Assembly: GCA_000934665.2 (NCBI GenBank)
Contig: KZ538875.1
Span: 1 to 43,664, forward strand
Length of the DNA stretch: 43,664 nt
Direction of reading: 5' to 3'
Source: Catajapyx aquilonaris
Taxonomy: Eukaryota
How positions within the stretch are numbered: the first letter of the stretch is position 1; each line of letters opens with the position of its first letter. The translations under genes and the position numbers were made by a program. The notes beneath the pieces were generated by a model. That model worked only from the letters and a program-made list of their open reading frames with translations. It was not told where the DNA came from and did not search any database. This document shows positions 35,151-43,664 of this stretch, piece by piece.

Positions 35151-35559
35151 CCAAAAGTCTCCACTTTCCTCAACTGTGCACGCATCCGTACCAAACTTTT
35201 GCCTGATTCAATTGCCCTAGTATACTGAACGATAGAGACATTACCTCGGGCAGGTGCATCGCTCTGTAGTCAATGACTAATGACCCGTATTATAAGTCGC
35301 GACGAAACCCGCTAAAAGAAACCTGTCACTAGCCCATAGCCTGTTTCATCACCTAGTCTTTTGAATCTGGGGTTTTTGCCAACCGGAAACAAGCTCTTTT
35401 GAATTGCATATCACTTATCAAGGTTGCTCCGTAGAGTTTACGGGGTTGATAAAAAAAGGGGGTAACAGTTGACGTTTGGAAGGAGACATTTACGAGAGTG
35501 AAGGTGCAACAACACCGTGCGTACCTGTGGGTGTGTGCTTCTGGTTGGCCAAAAGGGAT

Positions 35560-35850
35560 TGTTAGTTTATATGAGAGGTAGTGGAGGGAACAAGAGGCGT
35601 CGTTTGGTGGTCATGGGCCGTGTGCCTTCACGGGGCGCCACTTTTCACACTCAGGTACCCATGGCTACACCACTGGCACCTCCTCTTCATCCACCTGCTG
35701 CTCTTCGTCCAATCTGACACACGCCCAATCAAGAAAGTGCCCTCCTGTCTGCAGACATTGCAAAAGATCTCCATGATCACTCTGTCGCTGTTTCCAATAT
35801 CGACCCCTTAATGGTATCCCGAACTATACAACGAACCATCTTATTACACC
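35560..35850 (+). mobile_element. Decayed I/Nimb-group LINE C-terminal zinc-knuckle region
   Basis: KRRRLVVMGRV (cf. RRxEVVLxRLR), THGY and PPVCRHCK occur in order across frames. Confidence 0.3.
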
Positions 35851-37698
35851 ACATTGTGATGCAGGAGTCCTGGCTCCAGCCAGTGCGTTGCAATCTGACG
35901 TCATAGATCAAAGATGGTAAACCCTTTGATGCAATGGAAATGCACAGGGTGAGACGGCCTTAAAGTGCAATAACGTGGGGCTCAAAATATTCGCAATGTT
36001 ATCCTCCAACCTGGCCACACAGGTGAGCTCATGTGTAATGAGCTCAACGGACTCGAGACAGCGCTTCCGTTCACTTGATGACTAAGCTCGTCATTAATGA
36101 CCGTGATGATTTGCCGCATCCCTTGACTTACGTCCTTCCTTCCTTAGATTCTATTCTTGCTTCGCATCCTCTCTAATGCTGCTAATTTGAAGGCCCCGCG
36201 CTATCACGGGCGTACCAATTATACCCCCATTGGGTGTGTGTGTGAATTTGCAACTCACAAAACTTCAAATAGAGATAGAGTGACATCACTGGCAAGATTT
36301 GTGCTGTAATCCTCCTTTCACTAGTTATTATACAACTGTTTTATTTCGATTTCAGTATTTTTAAAACACATGAAACACATATTGGATCAATATTTTGAAA
36401 AGTGTCCATCACATAAATCGACGAAGCAACATGTCAATAACATAAAAACAGTTCATCAAAGAAAAGTAACAAATATAAGTCCCACACAAAAATAGTCAAC
36501 AAAGTCTCATCAAAACACTGCAGTCGACTGGGAAACAATACTAATAAGGCTAATAAAAATGTAGTAACTTGTACTGGCAAATTACTCATCATGTCGGGGA
36601 AGTCTTATTTGCTCCACAACCGTGCAAGCCACCTGTCAAACACTGAAATTGTTAAATGTTTATACTACAACTAATGTCCTTGTAGAACACGGAAGTTGGG
36701 GGTGACACGTGGAACTCTTTAAAAAAAATGCATACTGTGAATAAGAATGGAACTTAGACCAAGATCTTGAATGACTTTGCCGCTGAAGCGACCAAGCGTG
36801 TTAGTAAGCGAAAAACACTCTTTCTTTTCATTGACGGCAGCGGGTAAAGGGGGGAAAAAAAAGAATTCCTGGCAGGAACTCAAAGCCTCAAAACAATCCC
36901 ACCTTCGCCCTCTAGTAATCGCAATGGAAACTTTCCAAAGGACCTTCCCGGTTTTTTAAAAGATATAAAAAAAGGCCAGGGCGCGAAGTGGTTTTCACAC
37001 CATCTCTCGAGGTGAACCGAAATCGTTGGGATAATAACTACTGAAGTCTCAGGTACCAAGAGTTTAAAAAAATATACAGGAATAAGTTAGCGACTTTTGT
37101 AATACACACTACATAGGGGAGTGTTGCATTTTTAAAGTTTGATTAAATTGTGGACTTGAGCCATAGAATCAGATGTCATTGTAACATCCGAAAAAGCAAT
37201 TTAGTAAGAATGAACCCACTAAAAAAAAACTGAGGTAGGGGCAACCCGATCGGTTTTGATAAACTGCCTGTAAAGGCAAACAAGGGGGGAAAATGTCTAC
37301 ACAAACCGGAATGGGGGAAAATAAACCCTGCAAAACAAACGAGGTCTTTTTATGGGCTTTCCACTCAAGATGTAGTCGGCGGTGCTTCTTTTTCTTTCTT
37401 TTTTTCGTTCCTTTTTTTCACCCCTCCTTTTCTTCCGGAGGTGGACCAATTTTGCATTTTCTCAGGCGGCCACTGTGCCAAAAATAAGGGTAGGCGTTTC
37501 CGTTTGAGTCAGCTTAGGAACGTAGAGGAGTGAACAGAGACATGCGTCATTTCAAGTCTAGGAAACAAGTGCTTCTGCAAGCTTCTGCCGCTGAGGCGTA
37601 GTTAAAACTCTTTATAGCGCAACTTAATATTTTGTTCAGGCCAGAGACTAAAATTACAAATAATTGCTCATTTCTTGTTCTAGAAATAATACTTACGC

Positions 37699-37751
37699 AG
37701 GGCTCTGCCCTCGAAAGGGGTATCGTAAATAAAATGAATAAATAAATAAAT
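37699..37751 (+). mobile_element. 53-bp 5'-truncated non-LTR retroposon tail with 15-bp TSD
   Basis: The direct repeat AAATAATACTTACGC at 37684-37698 and 37752-37766 brackets AGGGCTCTGCCCTCGAAAGGGGTATCG plus an (AAAT)n tail. Confidence 0.75.
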
Positions 37752-38129
37752 AAATAATACTTACGCTAAACTTTAAAATGAGCTCTACATATGGGAACCA
37801 CGCATTTAATACGTATCGGTATAGAGTTAAATTCAAAAGATATCTACTTATAACTTCTGCTATGCTTTAATAAAACGTATGCAAAATTATGCCAATGGTA
37901 CGAATGCTGAATTCATTAACTATTTTTTCACGAGAAGATGCTTGTTTACATTCTAAGCAGGTCCTGCAGTAATCATCGAACATATTCCTGGTAATGAGAA
38001 CTTAATAAAATTAACGACCACTCACGCTGCCACTTTTTGCCAAATTTTTTACTCCTTCTTCTAACCAGAAATCCCCAATCATACCCCATAATTTTTCGAA
38101 GGTGTGGGAATCCTGGCCTACCTACCTCT

Positions 38130-41100
38130 AGGGATTGGTGACCCTGACGACCTTGCACTGGTTTTCAATGGCAATAACTACCACTGACCGCCAAGACCAC
38201 ACCGTCTCTCCCACCGAAAAAATGGGGACTTGTCGTCTCACAGGTCTAGAGTTTCACGACTCTCTTTTTGCAGTTATCACCCTCTCACTTCCTCTCTGCA
38301 AGTTCAGACTTGTTTAGCGACAAGTGTGATATGTGAGGCTCATATTATCATTAATTCTTTGCACTGTCTTTTGCTAACATTGTTGCATGACATATTCAGT
38401 TCCAGACTCCCACCGCAAATCTTGTGATTTTCATCCAGAGATGCTGCGCAAGAATGAAAAAAAAAGAACATACATTGTGTTATACCGAAGGGCAACGTAT
38501 CTAATCTCGAAAGCAATTGTGTTTCCGTGTCTGCCTCTGATATAACTTGACAAAATAATCCTCATCTTTACCGGGAAAAATTACCTGATAGGAATGATCT
38601 CGACTTTTATCGTATGTTCTTCACTAATAAGTGCCACATTGTATCAGCTTTGTGTAAGCAGATGTAGAGTATACAACTTGGTCCGGGATTTATTTTTTGC
38701 ATAAAGTGAAGGCAGATAGGTTACAACGCTGTTACAACATGCTTGAATATGAGGTGAATTATTTTCTTCACTATTCACCATCGTCACCATCACCTTCAGA
38801 ACCATCGTATTAAAAATGGTTCGCCAGGGATTTTTCTACAACATGATACCCAAATTCACTGCTATTAGGCCAATATATTTCGGAGAGAATATTTCAATCG
38901 TCCGAAGGACATGACAAAAATGATGTAAGTTAGTGCCACAACCTATACTACACTATGAGTGTAGGTCATAGTTTCAAGTTTACAGTGAGAAACTGTCGCT
39001 CTATCATAGGCAGAAATAAACGGCTCTAATGAAATATAAATTGGTATTCAGATATTTGAAGTTAAGGTAAAAAGCTCAGGCAGAATGCATTAGGCCAGTA
39101 GTAGTATAATTTGTTGAAAAAAATTCATTTCCCAATGAAGAAGCTATGACGAAACAAGCGTGAGACTTCCGATGCACATATCATCACACGTGATGATAAA
39201 AGTTATACACAAAAACATATTAGAGGGTGAAGCATCTTTCCTCAGCCTCCAGCCATTGTGTTGCATCAGTCACAAAAATTGCCAGATTATTTCAACATTC
39301 CATAATATCTACTGTATATTATTTTGCATCGTCAAAAAAGTGCATTTTACATGTTACCCAATCATACTATTTCTTATGCATATAATTATGATCACTAAAA
39401 TTATGAAGCCACATAATACGGCTTTAAAATATGGTCATTGCAAGCAGCGATCCAGGATAAAATAGAGCATTCTTGTGGAGGGTTCGTTCCCCAGACCCGA
39501 CTGCGAACAATGTCCCTTTTCCTGCGTTACAGCCACCAGACTCCCGCTTTTCCCTCGGGATGACTTCCGCAACAAATCAAAAAGGTAGCAAACGTCGGTT
39601 TGTAGTTAAGGGTGATAAGTAAACTCGGAGAGACGGAAGCACACTCAGCTGAGATATTTACGATCCCACCCAACATATTTCGGCCCCCCTTCAACACCCC
39701 TAAGGCCTTCTAAACCTACAGTAACACGCCCCGCAGATTTTTGGCAGACCAGATGCCCCACATTTCGACGGCCCCCAAAAATTCCCCTTGGCTGTGCTTC
39801 ATGCATGTGCAGCACTGTAATTACTAAGCCCTAATTGTGGCGTCTCCAAACTAATGCCATCATCACATTCAAATCCGTTGCGAACGTAATCTGTACTTGG
39901 GTCGTGGTATGGCAATCATAATAAATTATCCGCCAATTATCAGCCGAAAAAATGTCAATTTTTACAAACAGGGAAAAGTGACAATTGACGTATGGTAAGA
40001 ATAATGTAAGATTTCATGGCTGAGAAAGAGTGTTTCTGGCCATACATTTTTTCTCTATTTCAAGGACCTGTTTCAGTAACAAAAAATCCTGGTAAGCTGC
40101 AACACACCATACACTCCAAAGGTGATGCGGGGGTGCAACATGATACTCAAGAGGGGGAGGTGGTAGACGGGTGGACTTCCAGGCCAGTGGAGGGCCCTGG
40201 AGCATCACAATGTGACATCATGAGACTTCCAGAGTATGGATGGCAGGTAGCATGCTGCATACCAAGGCATTGTAATAGCAAAGTCTGAAAATGCCGCTGG
40301 CATTGCTCTTACTTCCGTGGCTTTCTCATGCATGGTTGCACAAATTGATTCGGTACTTAAGGAAAAAAAGGAGCCTCAAGCTGGTCTCTTATGCTGCGAA
40401 CCAAAGTAGCTGCTGCGGGGACTATAGGATCTTATCGTAAATCGTCGAATAGGCAAGTGAATCTACACTATATCCCAGGGTCAAAGAGACCAATCAGTTG
40501 ACAGTAAGACCTATAGCAGTTCTGCTATAGTCGAAATACTAGTCACCGGTTGCCAAATTTGGCAAAAGTGATTAGTGTGGTAAAGGCAGCAGCATCGAAG
40601 CGACATCCGACGGTAATGTGCATAAGTAAAGTGCAGAAGTAGAGAGTCGCCTGAGCGACAGAATTGGGAATTCCGTGGACCTGGCGGCGTCGCGTTTTTT
40701 TGCGTTTTTTGCGTTTTACAAAGTCCCTGGGCACTGTTTCCAAAAAAACGTTTATTGCAAATATAGAAAACGAGGGCTAAATTTTGACACCACTCCCAAT
40801 GCTGTAGGCCGTACGGTGTGGGAGGAGTTGCCATGACAGTCGGCTTTTAATAATATAGATGTCCTGCGCCTGCATATTGCATGGATGAAAACCACGATGA
40901 AGACAAACTGCAGACAATTGAGTCGATTTTGTAAATAAACAGATCAGGTACTTTGTACATATAAGTTTACATGATTAATTAAATCGGATCAGGAAAATGT
41001 GTCCGTGTCAAACGAGAAAAAAACGTGGAGTCCGGAATGACAATAAATACAAATGTGCAAACCTTAACAAGTCATCGTGCATCTGATACAAGCAAAACTA

Positions 41101-41400
41101 TGACACAAATGCACAATTAGGCGTACATTGAGTCACAAAAAAGTCAAGGTATAGCAACCCTGGAGAGACTAACCAGTCCACAATAAAAATGCCAGCTTCA
41201 CATGGAACATTTCCCACCGTTCTTCTCCCCTGCACGTGTAGTTTATGTACTTTGCCTCTCACTAATTTTTTATATGCAAGCTTGAAACAATCATTAAATA
41301 AAAATAATATAAAAGCTCGCGAACAACCAATTGGCATGTATGATGTCACATCCAGTTTGCCGTGGTAAGTTTGGACTTTTGAGCATGCACCCTCCAATGA
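38130..41400 (-). pseudogene. Decayed NLR-like gene D (DED-NACHT-LRR)
   Basis: Order on the minus strand: DED-like EAGIFIVDWLVSPGLL (ORF 41098-41397), LYY*..VMATPPTPY (~40815-40860), WQPVTSIST (40529-40555, Walker A-like GxPGxGKST), DIV*IHLPIRR (40439-40475), SIRDQL (40378-40395), TLLLQCLG (40261-40284, Walker B position), KSTRLP (40161-40178), LQLTRIF (40082-40102), LHK..WIAA (~39450-39480), then LRR-like ELNMSCNNV, HISHLSLN and ETLDL (38240-38420). Spacing fits NACHT, but the sequence is heavily disrupted. Confidence 0.5.
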
Positions 41401-41769
41401 TCAAGAAATATTCGCAAATAAACTATTGACAAAAATTCAACAGATACCCGGGAGGTGCTACGTACAATATTGTACATGGTCTCAATCCAGTTGAGCACTG
41501 CAACACTGCTTCGGTATTATACAGCAGTTAGTCCAAGTTGGCCACTTGAATGCCGAATATATTTTGACGAGGTAGTCATTACGACGTAAGTCGATTTATA
41601 GCTGCAGTATTCGCTCTAAGTCGTCAACTGGACGAATAAGCATGATAACAGGCAATGGCACCTTTTTAGCTTTAATTTCTGCTTAACGTTACATACTCAG
41701 TGGAATTTTTCATGTCACATGATCCCTCCCTCAGTAGACAAAAGTTTTTCTCAAGAAGAAAGAATTATG

Positions 41770-41833
41770 AGAGGTTCTCTCTCTATTGGCGTAGATTTCT
41801 CGGGATTCTTCCGTTTCCGCCAACTATCCAAAA
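41770..41833 (+). mobile_element. Possible degenerate V-SINE core fragment
   Basis: GGTTCTCTCTCTATTGGCGTAGATTTCTCGGGATTCTTCCGTTTCCGCCAACTATCCAAAA loosely resembles the core at 28740-28800. No tRNA head is seen. Confidence 0.25.
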
Positions 41834-42318
41834 AGCCTTCTGCCCCTTACAGTGTCGAACACCACTTCACAAACACGTGATAAACTATGTCATCATATTC
41901 TGTGAGGAACTATATACTGACAGAGGCCTTATAATAAGAAGTGGTGCATATGAAATAGTGAGGTAAAAATGACATCACACCTCAAGAAGTTGTCACAAAA
42001 AGGACGAACTTCCGGTCAACGTTTTAAATCAAAAGGTTACAAGACCTTCCTCTTCTCATGACGGCATACACTACCGGAGTATATGACACATACTTTTGTG
42101 ACACAATATAGTCTACATGGAATAATCCCACCAATCGCAATCGTGAGACAAACTTGATACGGCAGTCCGTGTAAGTTTGTTCCTCTCTCTAGTTATTGCG
42201 TACTATCAACTTTCTAGGGATTTTGGTTGCAGAAAATGCTCTGTAAATCACTTGCCATACATTGCGGATATTCTGTGAATTATAGTCTACAAGTACACTC
42301 TACAGAATTCCACTATTC

Positions 42319-43487
42319 CACTATACAACAAAAATGAACTTTTTTCTGTCCATGGAAATTCATCGCTATTTCCATGTTCCTTAGGTCACTCGTAACTCAT
42401 AATGACCATTCATTTTGTCTTCGATTTGTTTTTGACCTCGGGGCATTCAAAAAACAAAAATCCTCAAATATACGGGCTTTCCCCAATCAAGTGGGCCTAA
42501 ATGTTGCTGGACCATCTCGGATTTTGCTGAGAAAAATCACGGCTGTACTGTACATACCTATGCCATAACACTGCATATAAAGTTTCATCCAAATTGCGAA
42601 ATACTGTCGGGAGGGAAGAAATCGTGAAATTGTGGAAATGGGGCTTTTTTTGGATATTTTTTATCGGTTAGTGGAAGTGGTCAAAATCCAATCAACATAC
42701 AGTATACAGTACAGTACATCAAATGAAAGAAAGTCACGAGGAGCATGCGCCTATGGTATTTGTTCTCCTCAAAAATGTAACCAGAAAAACGTGTGTGGTA
42801 TTCCATAGGTCACATGCTCAGTCACATGTCCATATATTTAGACCCAGAACAATTAGTGATATATTTGCGTAAGAGCAGCCATATTTGGTGACAGGAGTTG
42901 TGACCAATAGAAGATTTAATATGTTCAGTTTCAAGCCTGGGTCATACATGGCTCGCGAGAAAATAATATATATGTTTTGCAAATATACCATTCAGTAATA
43001 TTTTAAAGGACCCAAATTCTTGGACATGTGACCGATTGAATGCCACACACGTTTTTCTGGTTACATTTCATAGGAAAAAAAATTCCATAGGCGCATTATC
43101 CTCGTGTTTCTCTTTCATTTGATGCATATGATGATTGGGTTTAGACCACTTCCACTAACCGAGAAAAATTATCCAAAAATGCCAAATTTTCAAAATTTCT
43201 CGATTTTTTTCCCAACCCACGGTATTTCGCAATTTGGATGAAACTTGATATGCAGTGTTAGGACATAGGTGTGTACAACTGTGATTTTTTCAGCAAAATC
43301 CGAGGTGGTCTATCAACATTTAGGCCCACTTGATTTGGAAAAACCCCTATGCGGATTTTTGTTTTTTGACTGCCCCGAGGTCAAAAACAAATCCCAGGCA
43401 AAATGAATGGTCATTCTGAGCTACAAGTGACCTATAAGGAACATGGAAATAGCGAATTTCCATGGATAAATATCGTGTTGCATAGTG
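42319..43487. mobile_element. Non-autonomous foldback DNA transposon with very long TIRs and CAC...GTG termini
   Basis: The left arm 42319-42832 and right arm 43021-43487 are co-linear reverse complements with substitutions and indels. Shared blocks include TTTGTTTTTGACCTCGGGGCA, AATCAAGTGGGCCTAAATGTTG, AGTTTCATCCAAATTGCGAAATAC and AATGTAACCAGAAAAACGTGTGTGG. The spacer is 188 bp. The ends read CACTATACAAC / GTTGCATAGTG with flanks TTC / TTA. Confidence 0.85.
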
Positions 43488-43664
43488 TTATTAGGGAACC
43501 GAGAGAGATATGAATTTTATCCTGCGCTCTATATAGAACATTTATTACATATTACTGTACATAAACGTGTTATCTTGACATCAAGTATAACTTTTACAGG
43601 TTGATCCCTACATGAACAGCATACACTTCTTCATTCATTGCAGTTAATATCCGTGAGTAAACAT

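Noticed and set aside
36430..36640. Short minus-strand hydrophobic frame resembling a signal peptide (MMSNLPVQVTTFLLALLVLF...)
   Set aside because: It is only ~52 codons in T-rich sequence, with no donor site or homology.
37220..37520. MITE-like segment sharing GCCTACCCTTA with 10384-10393
   Set aside because: It is probably an old repeat family, but I could not define paired TIRs or a TSD.
41990..42105. Short inverted repeat TGTCACAAAA / TTTTGTGACA
   Set aside because: The match is only 10 bp with weak internal pairing and no TSD.
1..43664. Prokaryotic systems (CRISPR arrays, operons, phage or defence genes)
   Set aside because: There are no regularly spaced repeats and no gene-dense coding. 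The sequence has eukaryotic hallmarks (SINEs, microsatellites, splice signals).

Overview
Eukaryotic, AT-rich, repeat-rich animal genomic DNA. A marine invertebrate deuterostome such as an echinoderm is likely, inferred from the death-fold/NACHT remnants and a V-SINE-like element. I found no intact protein-coding gene, rRNA, tRNA gene or CRISPR array, and most ORF-track entries are spurious. Directly visible features are a tRNA-derived SINE with a 14-bp TSD (26868-27277), a second V-SINE-like element, a near-perfect 162-bp TA-flanked MITE hairpin (17702-17863), a ~1.17-kb foldback element with ~470-510-bp arms and CAC...GTG ends (42319-43487), a 53-bp 5'-truncated LINE tail with a 15-bp TSD, microsatellites and assembly gaps at poly-G/C. 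Manual translation across stops and frameshifts suggests the background is largely fossil coding sequence: three to four decayed NLR-like (death fold-NACHT-LRR) genes, a class A GPCR pseudogene, a Ulp1/PHD-like remnant, and fragments of Penelope, CRE, CR1/L2, Rex1 and I-like retroelements. These fossil calls come from motif matching by eye and need profile searches. I cannot support a novel functional system from this window.
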